A stretch of DNA of 64,000 bases from Macrostomum lignano (taxonomy: Eukaryota): positions 186,001 through 250,000 of the forward strand of contig NIVC01000445.1 of assembly GCA_002269645.1 (NCBI GenBank). The letters are read 5' to 3'. The number at the start of each line of letters is the position of its first letter. Position 1 is the first letter of the stretch. A program made the translations under genes and the position numbers. A model generated the notes under the pieces. That model made no database searches, had not been told where the DNA came from, and saw only the letters and a program-made list of their open reading frames with translations. Shown here in pieces: positions 1 through 11,455 of this stretch.

Positions 1-829
1 AAACGTGACCCAATTTTTCGAAAATGTCGTTTTTAGGCACTCTTTGGCACCTGGGCAGGTTATTGATGGCCCAATCGGCCAAATCTCAATGTTTCCGAAT
101 AGAAGACATCCATTTGAGTAATTTGGTGTAGAAATATTAAAAAAAAAGTTTTCCATCTCGACGCCATAGGCCTCTAAAAAGTGCACTAAAAATTTGTACT
201 TTTAAAGTGCAGATAGGCAGCCATGTGAAAAGTACATTTTAGCCAAAAAAACTACAGCGCATCAGACAGCCTTAAGTGTTTTTAAGGCTAGGAGGCAGCT
301 CAAAGGCCGCGCGAAAGCGCGTCCTTTTCGCTGCGGTGAGGCAAAGTTGAAAAAAATGCCAATTTTTCGACCTCAAAAAACACGTTTTTTGTACTTTTAC
401 CTGTGAAGTGAAAGTACAATCAAAAAATCCATTTCGGATCATTTTAGCGTTCGAATGCCCGCGTCTGCTGAGCCCACTCGCTAAGCGCTGCCATATTCTC
501 AATCCTTATTTTTTGAGATCAAATTTTTTGAGAATGTCGAAAAAACGCAGTTTTTGGTTGCCATGGCAACCAAAACGCGTCGCCATGACAACCAAACACT
601 GCGGATCTGTTAGCCCTAGGTCTTTGACGCATTTTGGCAAAAACCGTTTGTAAATCGGTCGTACCGTTTTTTATGCGCAGCGTTTCAAAGTTGAAAAACG
701 TCATTTTCCTATGTGACACCGTTACCCAATCTTATCAGGGACGATTTCGCAAAAGTAAGCACCATAGAAAAAAATTCTCGCTTCGCTCGCCTTTTTTTCT
801 ATGCCACTTACTGGCTCATCGTCCCACAA
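1..829 (-). mobile_element. Non-autonomous Helentron/HINE-like element, family H1, unit U0 (5' part only; cut by window edge)
   Basis: Near-identical to 3715-4543 and similar to ~7410-8239; begins on the minus strand with TTGTGGGACGATG at 829. Confidence 0.6.
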
Positions 830-1199
830 CTAGTGAATGAAGACGCTGTCGTCTTCAAAGGTGGGACGATGGTTTATATATTGTTCGTAACTTTTATGGC
901 CTAATTTTAAATTTAAAAAAAAACTAAGAAGCTTAGTTGATTATAATTTAATTTAAACAAAGTTTAAGCATAACTATTTAAAAAAATTAATAAAAATACT
1001 TATGATGGTTTATTATGTCCATTATTGTTTATGGCTATGACCTATTTATTTAACCCAAATTAAGAACTAATTAAAACGCTATATCGTGTTTTTATATTTT
1101 ACGGCTATACTGCATTTTCAATTTGATTTAAACAAAGTTTATACATAACTGTGGAAATATAATAATAAAAAATATTTTATTAGATTACAAGAATATCCA

Positions 1200-1560
1200 C
1201 TCTGCTGTTGTGTAGAAAGGGTTGTTAAGGCGGTTGTTGTTGTTTGTTGGTTGTAAAAGGGGTTGTTGTTGTTGGGGTTTTTGTTGTTGTTGGGGTTGTT
1301 GTTGTTTTTGTTGGGGGTGGTTGTTGTTGGGGGTTTGCGTAACGTGGGGGCTGCCGCCCCCACACCCCCGCTCCCCCACCCCTCCCGCGCGTTGTTGTTG
1401 GGGAGGGTGGTTGTTGTTGGGGGTTTGCGTAACGTGGGGGCTGCCGCCCCCACACCCCCGCTCCCCCACCCCTCCCGCGCGTTGTTGTTGGGGAGGGTGG
1501 TTGTTGTTGGGGGTTTGCGTATTGTGGGGGCTGCCGCCCCCACACCCCCGCTCCCCCACC
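1200..1560. repeat. (GTT)-rich tract followed by ~2.7 copies of a 90-bp GC-rich minisatellite (cargo of U1)
   Basis: ttgttgttgggggtttgcgt recurs at 1321, 1411 and 1501. Confidence 0.9.
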
Positions 1561-1844
1561 TAACCCCTCCGCAAATTTTCCACCTCTAACACATCTTTTT
1601 AGCACGCTAAAACTGCTTGTAAGCCTTCTGGCGACCACGCAACACATACTTGCCGATATGTATCGTAATACTCTTTCTGCACTAACAAATCATCTGTGCC
1701 GCACTTTCAGCTTCACTCTTACTCTTTAATAAGGTATACAAGGAAAGGAAAATTAAACAATTAATATTAAATTATATTCAAGTGAAAGAGAATTGAAAAT
1801 ACTAATAAATCCGTTCCTGCTAAAAAAATTAAATATAAAAAAAC

Positions 1845-1915
1845 CTGGCCCACTTGGGATTCGAACCCGTGTTTAGGCCATTTACAAAGCAACTGCCTTC
1901 GGCCCCATCCATCTC
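1845..1915 (-). pseudogene. tRNA-like (Pol III type 2) cassette inside U1
   Basis: Minus strand: CGGGTTCGAATCCC T-arm/B-box followed by a T7 run; A-box and acceptor stem are degenerate. Confidence 0.5.
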
Positions 1916-2363
1916 TCGCTTAGCGAAGCTCTACAGTGCACGCGCTTTATATCGAATATTCCGTATGTATGGTAGCCACTTATACGATTTTTGCTGCTTT
2001 TTCATACATTTCTGCTCGCTGCATCGCAACGCCTTAACCTAAAAATACGAGTCGCATGTCGTTACAGAGATAACATCAAGGCGCATTCATCCAATGCATT
2101 TTCAAACTATGTCAACAAATTTTTTCGGCTGCTAGGCGCCAAATTATGAATTTTTACCTGTTCTGACAGGTATTCAAACAGGTATTTAGACCTGTTAACC
2201 TAAGAATCAGTTTTCAAAACTTATTTAGTTGCATAGTGCATCCATAATGCTGTTTTTAGACACCAAACTTGAGTCTCTAGGTCTCGCCAATGCAGAGTTA
2301 TTAGCAAAAGTATGCTCAAAATTTGCCCAAAAATGGCCTACTCAAAATTCGGAGCCAATTTTC

Positions 2364-4100
2364 TCAAAAATACGAATTTTCCAGCCATATTGGCGTATGA
2401 CCGGTGAAACTTCAGCTATTCGACTAAACAATATTGAAAATGCAGAAAAATCGGTGCGCAAAATTTCTTATTTTTCGACTTCAAAGTTTGTACCCCAAAT
2501 GGGCCGTTTTTCACTTAACAGGTAAAAAGTACCTGTTAACAGGTATTTTTTCCAGAGTGTCTTGCGCCATTCGAACGGGCATCCGATGGGCTACAATTTG
2601 ACACCACACTCGAAAAAATTCGCCCAGTAATAAAAATTTTTCTTTAACAACATATGTTTTTTGGTCGAGTCCCCCGGCCTCTTTTTTCCCCGGTTTCCGG
2701 GTCACTGCTCCGCACGGTAGGTCCAAATGCTTAGAAAATTTAGGAAAACAAATTTCCATATGTTTGACACGTTTTGTTAAAATCTCAACACCGTAGCTTA
2801 AAACACTTTCTTATTTTTGGAGACTACTTTTTGAAAACGTGACCCAAATTTTCAAAAACACTGTTTTTGACCCTTGTAGCCATATAGAGCAGCAATGAAT
2901 GGCCCAATCAAGCAGATCTCAGCATTTCCGAATAAAAGACATCCATTTGAGTGATTTGGGTTGAAAAATTGAAAAAATCAAGATTTGCATCTGTATAGGA
3001 TAAGCCTCTTTAAAGTGCACAAACGGTTTGTACTTTTAAAGTGCAGATAGGCAGCCATGTCAAAAGTACATTTTAGCCCAAAAAATTATAGCGCATCTAA
3101 AAGCCCCAGGTGTTGTTGACATTAGGCAGCAGCTCAAAAGCCGCGCTATTGCGCGTCCTTTTCGCTGCAGTACGGGCAAGGTTGAAAAACATGTACAAAA
3201 AATTGGCCGAAAAATTGCATTTTTAAAAATCAGATGCAGTTTGCTCAAAAATACGAATTTTCCAGCCATATTGGCGTATGACCGGTGAAACTTTAGCTAT
3301 TCGACTAAACAATATTGAAAATGCAGAAAAATCGGTGCGCAAAATTTCTTATTTTTCGACTTCAAAGTTTGTACCCCAAATGGGCCGTTTTTCACTTAAC
3401 AGGTAAAAAGTACCTGTTAACAGGGGTTTTTTCCAGAGTGTCTTATGTCATTCAAAAGGGCATCCGATGGGCTACAATTTGACACTACACTCGAAAAAAT
3501 TCGCCCATTTTAAAAAAATTTCCTTAACAACGTTTGATTTTCTGCAGAGCCCCCGGCCTCTTTTTTCCCTGGTTTCCGGGTCACTGCTCAGCACAGGTAG
3601 GTCCAAATGCTTAGAAAATTTAGGAAAACAAATTTCCAAATGTTTGACACGTTGTGTTAAAGTCTCAACACCGTAGCATAAAACACTTTCTTATTTTTTG
3701 GGACTACTTTTTAAAAACGTGACCCAATTTTTCGAAAATGTCGTTTTTAGGCACTCTTTGGCACCTGGGCAGGTTATTGATGGCCCAATCGGCCAAATCT
3801 CAATGTTTCCGAATAGAAGACATCCATTTGAGTAATTTGGTGTAGAAATATTAAAAAATAAAGTTTTCCATCTCGACGCCATAGGCCTCAAAAAGTGCAC
3901 TAAAAATTTGTACTTTTAAAGTGCAGATAGGCAGCCATGTGAAAAGTACATTTTAGCCGAAAAAAATTTAGCGCATCAAACAGCCTTAAGTGTTTTTAAG
4001 GCTAGGAGGCAGCTCAAAGGCCGCGCGAAAGCGCGTCCTTTTCGCTGCGGTGAGGCAAAGTTGAAAAAAATGCCAATTTTTCGACCTCAAAAAACACGTT
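2364..4100. repeat. Internal tandem duplication (~881-bp period) of the H1 core in U1
   Basis: ctcaaaaatacgaattttccagccatattggcgtatgacc occurs at ~2363 and ~3244; the first copy is more diverged. Only one copy is present in U2. Confidence 0.8.
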
Positions 4101-4654
4101 TTTTGTACTTTTACCTGTAAAGTGAAATTACAATCAAAAAATCCATTTCGGATCATTTTAGCGTTCGAATGCCCGCGTCTGCTGAGCCCACTCGCTAAGC
4201 GCTGCCATATTCTCAATCCTTATTTTTTGAGATCAAATTTTTTGACAATGTCGAAAAAACGCAGTTTTTGGTTGCCATGGCAACCAAAACGCGTCGCCAT
4301 GACAACCAAACACTGCGGATCTGTTAGCCCTAGGTCTTTGACGCATTTTGGCAAAAACCGTTTGTAAATCGGTCGTACCGTTTTTTATGCGCAGCGTTTC
4401 AAAGTTGAAAAACGTCATTTTCCTATGTGACACCGTTGCTACATCTTATCAGGGACGATTTCGCAAAAGTAAGCACCATAGAAAAAAATTCTCGCTTCGC
4501 TCGCCTTTTTTTCTATACTACTTACTGGCTCATCGTCCCACAACTAGTGAATGAAGACGCTGTCGTCTTCAAAGGTGGGACGATGGTTTATATTGTGTCC
4601 ATTATTGTTTATGGCTATGACATCTATTTATTTAACCTAAATTGAGAGCTAAAA

Positions 4655-6095
4655 AGCCCCCCACGCCCCTGGCATTAGTTAGTCTAGTGGTATAGTAGGG
4701 GGCTGGCCGCCCCCCACGCCCCTGGCATTAGTTAGTCTAGTGGTATAGTAGGGGGCTGGCCGCCCCCACGCCCCTGGCATTTATTAGTCTAGTGGTATAG
4801 TGGGGGGCTGACCGCCCCCACGCCCCTGGCATTTATTAGTCTAGTGGTATAGTGGGGGCTGGCCGCCCCCACGCCCCTGGCATTAGTTAGTCTAGTGGTA
4901 TAGTGGTATAGTGGGGGGCTGGCCGCCCCCCACGCCCCTGGCATTAGTTAGTCTAGTGGTATAGTGGGGGCTGGCCGCCCCCACGCCCCTGGCATTAGTT
5001 AGTCTAGTGGTATAGTAGGGGGCTGGCCGCCCCCCACGCCCCTGGCATTAGTTAGTCTAGTGGTATAGTGGGGGCTGGCCGCCCCCCACGCCCCTGGCAT
5101 TAGTTAATCTAGTGGTATAGTGGGGGCTGGCCGCCCCCACGCCCCTGGCATTAGTTAGTCTAGTGGTATAGTGGTATAGTGGGGGCTGGCCGCCCCCCAC
5201 GCCCCTGGCATTAGTTAGTCTAGTGGTATAGTGGGGGGCTCGCCGCCCCCCACGCCCCTGGCATTAGTTAGTCTAGTGGTATAGTGGGGGGCTGGCCGCC
5301 CCCCACGCCCCTGGCATTAGTTAGTCTAGTGGTATAGTGGGGGGCTGGCCGCCCCCCACGCCCCTGGCATTAGTTAATCTAGTGGTATAGTGGGGGCTGG
5401 CCGCCCCCCACGCCCCTGGCATTAGTTAGTCCAGTGGTATAGTGGTATAGTGGGGGCTGGCCGCCCCCACGCCCCTGGCATTAGTTAGTCTAGTGGTATA
5501 GTAGGGGGCTGGCCGCCCCCCACGCCCCTGGCATTAGTTAGTCTAGTGGTATAGTGGGGGCTGGCCGCCCCCACGCCCCTGGCATTAGTTAGTCTAGTGG
5601 TATAGTGGTATAGTGGGGGCTGGCCGCCCCCACGCCCCTGGCATTAGTTAGTCTAGTGGTATAGTGGGGGGCTGGCCGCCCCCCACGCCCCTGGCATTAG
5701 TTAGTCTAGTGGTATAGTGGGGGGCTGGCCGCCCCCCACGCCCCTGGCATTAGTTAGTCTAGTGGTATAGTGGGGGGCTGCATGGCCCCCCCCCACGCCC
5801 CTGGCATTTATTAGTCTAGTGGTATAGTGGGGGGCTCGCCGCCCCCAGGCCCCTGGCATTAGTTAGTCTAGTGGTATAGTGGGGGGCTCGCCGCCCCCCA
5901 CGCCCCTGGCATTAGTTAGTCTAGTGGTATAGTGGGGGCTGGCCGCCCCCCACGCCCCTGGCATTAGTTAGTCTAGTGGTATAGTGGGGGGCTGGCCGCC
6001 CCCCACGCCCCTGGCATTAGTTAGTCTAGTGGTATAGTGGGGGGCTGGCCGCCCCCCACGCCCCTGGCATTAGTTAGTCTAGTGGTAAAGGGGGG
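4655..6095. repeat. ~52-bp minisatellite, ~27 copies (cargo of U2)
   Basis: Unit gggggctggccgccccccacgcccctggcattagttagtctagtggtatagt with variable G/C run lengths. Confidence 0.95.
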
Positions 6096-6427
6096 CTGGC
6101 TCCCCCACCGCTCCACCACCCCTCGAGAACTTTTCCCACATCTAAACACGTCTTTGTAATATGTTACAACTATATTCTAGCCTTCAAACGACCAGACATC
6201 AAATACTTGCTTGCCGACATGTATCGTAATATACTTTTTGCACTAACAATCATACGTGCCGCACTAAAAGATTCACTGTTACTTTTTAAATACGTATAAA
6301 AAGAAAAATAAATTTAAATAAATGTAATTTAATTGTATAAAAAACATAATAGTTAGAGAAATAAAAATACAAAAAATCTGGATTCTGTTTGCTCTAAAAG
6401 AACTTTAAACTAAAAAATTTTTCGGAT

Positions 6428-6497
6428 CTCTTGGGAATCGAACCCTGCAGCACTCAATTGTATGGAAACTAACTCTGCCACTGAGCCACAATTTGCT
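6428..6497 (-). pseudogene. tRNA-like cassette with intact A and B boxes inside U2
   Basis: Minus strand: TGGCTCAGTGG (A box) ... GGTTCGATTCC (B box), then TTTTT; no good acceptor stem. Confidence 0.6.
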
Positions 6498-8242
6498 TAC
6501 TAAGTTGGCCTATAGTACACGTATTTTATATCGAATATCGCTAATAGCAGCCATTTCTACCATTTTTGCTGCTTTTTCATACATTTCTGCTCGTTGCATC
6601 GCAACGCTTCTACCTAAAAATACGAGTCGCATGTCGTTACAGAGATAACATCAAGGCGCATTCATCCAATGCATTTTCAAATTATGTCAACAAATTTTTC
6701 GGCTGCTAGGCGCCAAAATATTAATTTTCACCTGTTCTGACAGGTAATCAAACAGGTATTAAGACCTGTTAACCTAAGAATCAGTTTTCAAAACTGATTT
6801 AGCTGCATAATGCATCCATAGTGCTGTTTTTAGACACCAAACTTGAGTCTCTAGGTCTCGCCAATGCAGAGTTATTAGCAAAAGTATGCTCAAAATTTGC
6901 CCAAAAATGGCCTACTCAAAATTCGGAGCCAATTTTCTCAAAAATACGAATTTTCCAGCCATATTGGCGTATGACCGGTGTAACTTTAGCTATTCGACTA
7001 AACAATATTGAAAATGCAGAAAAATCGGTGCGCAAAAATTCTTATTTTTCGACTTCAAAGTTTGTACCCCCAAATGGGCCGTTTTTCACTTAACAGGTAA
7101 AAAGTACCTGTTAACAGGGGTTTTTTCATGAGTGTCTTATGTCATTCAAAAGAGCATCCAATAGGCTACAATTTGACACTACACTCGAAAAAATTCGCCC
7201 CATTTTAAAAAATTTTCCTTAACAACGTCTGATTTTCTGCAGAGCCCCCGGCCTCTTTTTTCCCTGGTTTCCGGGTCACTGCTCAGCACAGGTAGGTCCA
7301 AATGCTTAGAAAATTCAAGAAAACAAATTTCCATATGTTTGACACGTTGTGTTAAAGTCTCAACACCGTAGCTTAAAACGCTTTCTTATTTTTTGGGACT
7401 ACTTTTTAAAAACGTGACCCAGTTTTTCGAAAACGTCGTTTTTAGGCACTCTTTGGCACCTGGGCAAGTTATTAATGGCCCAATCGGCCAGATCTCAATG
7501 TTTCCGAATAGAAGACATCCATTTGAGTGATTTGGTGTAGAAATATTAAAAAATAAAGTTTTCCATCTCGACGCCATAGGCCTCACAAAAGTGCACTAAA
7601 AATTTGTACTTTTAAAGTGCAGATAGGCAGCCATGTGAAAAGTACATTTTAGCCCTAAAAACTATAGCGCATCAAACAGCCCCAGGTGTTATTGACGCTA
7701 TGAGGCAGCTCAAAGGCCGCGCTATCGCGCGTCCTTTTCGCTGCGGTGAGGCAAAGTTGAAAAAAATGCCGATTTTTCGACCTCAAAAAACACGTTTTTT
7801 GTACTTTTAGCCTAGACGTTAAAGTACAATAAAAAAATCCATTTCTGATCATTGTAGCGTTCGAATGCCCGCGTTTACTGAGCCAGCCCGCTAAGCGCTG
7901 CCATATTCTCAATCCTTATTTTTTGAGATCAAATTTTTTGACAATGTAGAAAAAACGCAGTTTTTGGTTGCCATGGCAACCAAAACGCGTTGCCATGGCA
8001 ACCAACTATTGTGCATCCGATAGCGCTAGGTCTTTGACACATTTTGGCAAAAACTGTTTGTAAATCAGTCGTACCGTTTTTTATTGGCAGCGTTTAAAAG
8101 TTGAAAAACGTCATTTTCCTATGTGACACCGTTGCTACATCTTATCAGGGACGATTTCGCAAAAGTAAGCACCATAGAAAAAAATTCTCGCTTCGCTCGC
8201 CTTTTTTTCTATACTACTTACTGGCTCATCGTCCCACAACTA

Positions 8243-8651
8243 GATAGGCCACTCAGGCATATATACTTAGCGAAACAGCTTTCTACTTTCAGTTCAGTAG
8301 CAAAGAAAAAAACATAAGCTGTTTAAAAAAATAACGGTTGCTGAAATGGCTTTGATAAGTTTAGAAGCCCACAAGCTTGCAGGCGTAAACAGCTTGCTAA
8401 TTGGTTCAGCAATAATGTACATTAGCCAGTCCACTGAAATGTACATGGCAAATTAGGCTGCTGAAATTCCAAGAAAGGCAATAAAAATTGGGGAGGGGTG
8501 GTGTGGAAAGGCGCGGTTGGAGAGTTTAAACTGGGGGGGGGGGTAAGAGCCAATCAATGAGCCTTGGCTTTTTCAATACATTAAAATGCTTCAGTTTAAC
8601 TTACTACTGAACTGAAAGTAGCTTACACGCAAATGTGCTGAGTGACCCATC
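8243..8651. mobile_element. MITE-like element with imperfect terminal inverted repeats
   Basis: GATAGGCCACTCAG / CTGAGTGACCCATC ends plus a perfect 18-bp inverted pair ctactttcagttcagtag (8283-8300) / ctactgaactgaaagtag (8604-8621). No clear TSD. Confidence 0.5.
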
Positions 8652-8950
8652 AGCTATTCTAGTATCTGTGGATAGATAAAAAATTATCGTACACACTACT
8701 TAGCTAGTAGTATGCTGCACGCGCAAAAATAGTGTTTATCTGCATTGCACTTTTTCCCGTCAAAAGAAATTGAAAAACGAAATGGGTGAATTGCTGCGGT
8801 TTTCTATTGAAAATTTGAATTTCATATCGACATTCATATGCCATTTTAAATATTGATACAATCGTCTGTACACGTGTCAGAATATATATTTACGCAAATT
8901 GAGTTTCTTCAAGAAGGCACAATTGCCCGACTTTTGCTACTCTGTCTTGG

Positions 8951-9511
8951 CTAGGGCGGCGGGAACTGATAGCGATAGTAGTGCCTGCCACTGCTACCAG
9001 AAGCTGCTGCCGCTGCCGCTGCCGCCGCTGCCGCCGCCGCAGCTGCCGCAGAAAAGCTTTCAGAGCGATTTGGCTGATGCTGATGCTGGTACTGTTGGTG
9101 ATAGTGGTGCGGGTGCTGTTGGCTGGACTGGTGCTGGTGCTGGTAGTAGTGCTGGTGTCGCGAGCTGGCGCTATAGGCCGAGGCTGGCAACACTGGCGGG
9201 CCACCACCGCCGCCGCCGCCGCTGACGCCGCTGACGCCGCCCAGCTTATGCAGGTAGCCTGCGGCGGCCGCTGCAGCTGCGGCTGCTGCGGCGCCTTCAA
9301 AGTCAGCAGCCGCCGCAGCCGCCGCCGCCACTGCCGCTGCCGCAGCCGCTGCCGCCGAGGTCGGCGCCGACGTAGGGCAAGCTGACGACGCTTGAAGTCG
9401 GTTAGCCTTGCCGCCGTCTGGCCTCAGCTGGAACTGCGGCGGCTGCGTCGCGGACAGCTTCCGATTGCGGGTCTGAATGCCGTCCTTCTTCATCGACACG
9501 GGCCGATTCAC
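8951..9511 (-). CDS. gata1/2/3: GATA1/2/3-type transcription factor, last coding exon (basic tail VNRPVSMKKDGIQTRNRKLS, then Ala/His/Gln-rich C-terminus)
   Basis: Acceptor tcgcag|GTG at 9511, stop TAG at 8953-8951; the tail matches GATA123 (YYKLHN-VNRP...MKK.GIQTRNRK). Confidence 0.92.
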   Translation of the reverse strand: MNRPVSMKKDGIQTRNRKLSATQPPQFQLRPDGGKANRLQASSACPTSAPTSAAAAAAAAVAAAAAAAADFEGAAAAAAAAAAAGYLHKLGGVSGVSGGGGGGGPPVLPASAYSASSRHQHYYQHQHQSSQQHPHHYHQQYQHQHQPNRSESFSAAAAAAAAAAAAAAAASGSSGRHYYRYQFPPP

Positions 9512-9562
9512 CTGCGAGTTCCATGTGCGTGTTTGATAAGTACGGCTTATCCTGCGGTTTAT

Positions 9563-10285
9563 CTGACACTGCATCCTTGATCCTCAGTGCCTGTCACTGC
9601 ATCCTTGATCCTCAGTGCCTGTCACTGCATCCTTGATCCTCAGTCCCTGTCACTGAACCCTTGATCCTCAGTGCCTGTCACTGCACCCTTGATCCTCAGT
9701 GCCTGTCACTGCACCCTTGATCCTCAGTGCCTGTCACTGCACCCTTGATCCTCAGTGCCTGTCACTGCACCCTTGATCCTCAGTGCCTGTCACTGCACCC
9801 TTGATCCTCAGTGCCTGTCACTGCACCCTTGATCCTCAGTGCCTGTCACTGCACCCTTGATCCTCAGTGCCTGTCACTGCACCCTTGATCCTCAGTGCCT
9901 GTCACTGCACCCTTGATCCTCAGTGCCTGTCACTGCACCCTTGATCCTCAGTGCCTGTCACTGCACCCTTGATCCTCAGTGCCTGTCACTGCACCCTTGA
10001 TCCTCAGTGCCTGTCACTGCACCCTTGATCCTCAGTGCCTGTCACTGCACCCTTGATCCTCAGTGCCTGTCACTGCACCCTTGATCCTCAGTGCCTGTCA
10101 CTGCACCCTTGATCCTCAGTGCCTGTCACTGCACCCTTGATCCTCAGTGCCTGTCACTGCACCCTTGATCCTCAGTGCCTTTCAGCCTTTCACTGCATCC
10201 TTGATCCTCAGTGCCCGTCACTGCACCCTTGATCCTCAGTGCCTGTCACTGCACCCTTGATCCTCAGTGCCTGTCACTGCACCCA
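9563..10285. repeat. 28-bp intronic minisatellite, ~26 copies
   Basis: Unit cctgtcactgcacccttgatcctcagtg fills nearly all of GATA intron 9512-10296. Confidence 0.95.
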
Positions 10286-10296
10286 GAGTCACTCAC

Positions 10297-10422
10297 GTTG
10301 TGCAGTTTATAGTAGAGTCCGCAGGCGTTGCACACAGGCTGGCCGGTGCCACTTCTCCGCCACAGGGTGGTGGCGGCGGTGCCGCAGTTCGAGCATTGAA
10401 TGCCAACTCGCTTGGTAGTTGA
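10297..10422 (-). CDS. gata1/2/3: GATA C-terminal zinc finger exon ([42 protein letters not shown])
   Basis: Manual translation. Acceptor gacag|TCA at 10422, donor AAC|gtgagt at 10297, both phase 0; C-x2-C-x17-C-x2-C finger. Not shown in this frame by the ORF track. Confidence 0.95.
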
Positions 10423-10509
10423 CTGTCGGTTTGGAATGGAGGCAATGTTGGTGGCAGTTTAGTTGTCGCGAGCTTCATTATAGCCGCTCAATGTTAGACT
10501 GAGACTCAC

Positions 10510-10961
10510 CAGTCGTCTCTTAGGTCGAACCAGCGGCCTGGAGCAGCCGTTTATCTTCAAGTAAAGGCCGCAAGCGTTGCACAGATAGCGGCCGTAACCG
10601 TCCCTGCGCCACAGCGGCGTGTTGCTGGCGCCGCAGTTGACGCACTGGCGTCCAGCCGATCTGCTTTCGCGGCTGCCAACGACTGCGGCAGCGCGCGGAC
10701 TCGGCGGCTTCTTCGACGCCGGAGCGGCGCTGGATTGAGAATAAACTGGCCGCGGCGGCGGAGGCGGCGGATGAGGCTGCTGCACCGGGGCCGTCGGGGA
10801 CGCGTAGTAGGAGGCTGCGGCTGGCCAGGCGTCTCCGCTGCAGGCAGCTTCAGCTGTTCCAAACCATGGAAATCTGGGAGCTGCTCGGTACTGACCTGCT
10901 GGGGTGGCGGGCGATGAACTCAGAGAGGAGCATTGGTCTGCTTCGGCTGCTGCGGCATCTT
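10510..10961 (-). CDS. gata1/2/3: GATA N-terminal zinc finger exon (...[45 protein letters not shown])
   Basis: Donor CTG|gtgagt at 10510 is at the conserved GATA intron position after PKRRL. The acceptor is uncertain (10961 or 10966). Confidence 0.9.
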
Positions 10962-10974
10962 CTGTTCTGTCCTT

Positions 10975-11455
10975 TCTTGTTCTTTCCTTCCTTCCTTCCT
11001 TTCCTGTCCTGTCCTGTCCTGTCCTGTCCTGTCTCCTGTCCTGTCCTGTCCTGTCCTGCCCTGTCTCCTGTCCTGTCCTGCCCTGTCTCCTGTCCTGTCC
11101 TGTCCTGTCCTGTCTGCCCATGTTCTGTCCTTTCTTGTTCTTTCCTTCCTTACTGTCCTGTCCTGTCCTGTCCTGTCCTGTCCTGTCCTGTCTGCCCATG
11201 TTCTGTCCTGTCCTGTCCTGTCCTGTCCTGTCCTGTCCTGTCCTGTCCTGTCCTGTCTTGTTCTCTCCTGTCCTGTCCTGTCTGCCCATGTTCTGTCCTG
11301 TCCTGTCCTGTCCTGTCCTGTCCTGTCCTGTCCTGTCCTGTCCTGTCCTGTCCTGTCCTGTCCTGTCCTGTCCTGTCCTGTCCTGTCCTGTCCTATCCTG
11401 TCCTGTCCTGCCCTTTCCTGCCCTGTCCTGCCCTGCCCTGCCCCGTCCTGTTTTG
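10975..11455. repeat. (CTGTC)n pentanucleotide array
   Basis: Direct reading; abuts the N-finger exon acceptor. Confidence 0.95.

Larger units (their letters stand above)
830..4543 (-). mobile_element. Non-autonomous Helentron/HINE-like element, family H1, unit U1 (3714 bp)
   Basis: Minus strand: 5' TTGTGGGACGATG ... 3' CATCGTCCCAC (11-bp asymmetric inverted repeat) + TGAAGACG-acag-CGTCTTCA hairpin + TTCACTAG. Head-to-tail junction at 830-833 is repeated at 4544-4547. No Rep/helicase ORF seen. Confidence 0.65.
4544..8239 (-). mobile_element. Non-autonomous Helentron/HINE-like element, family H1, unit U2 (3696 bp)
   Basis: Same termini and core as U1, different internal tandem array; homology with the other units stops at 8239-8243. 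Confidence 0.65.

Noticed and set aside
272-8317. Short ORFs in the H1 core as Rep/helicase remnants
   Set aside because: No HUH or PIF1 helicase motifs; they recur only because the DNA is repeated.
9512-9574. Apparent degenerate GATA C-finger (MQCQINRRISRTYQTRTWNSQ) in the ORF track
   Set aside because: This is intron sequence; the intact C-finger is encoded by exon 10297-10422.
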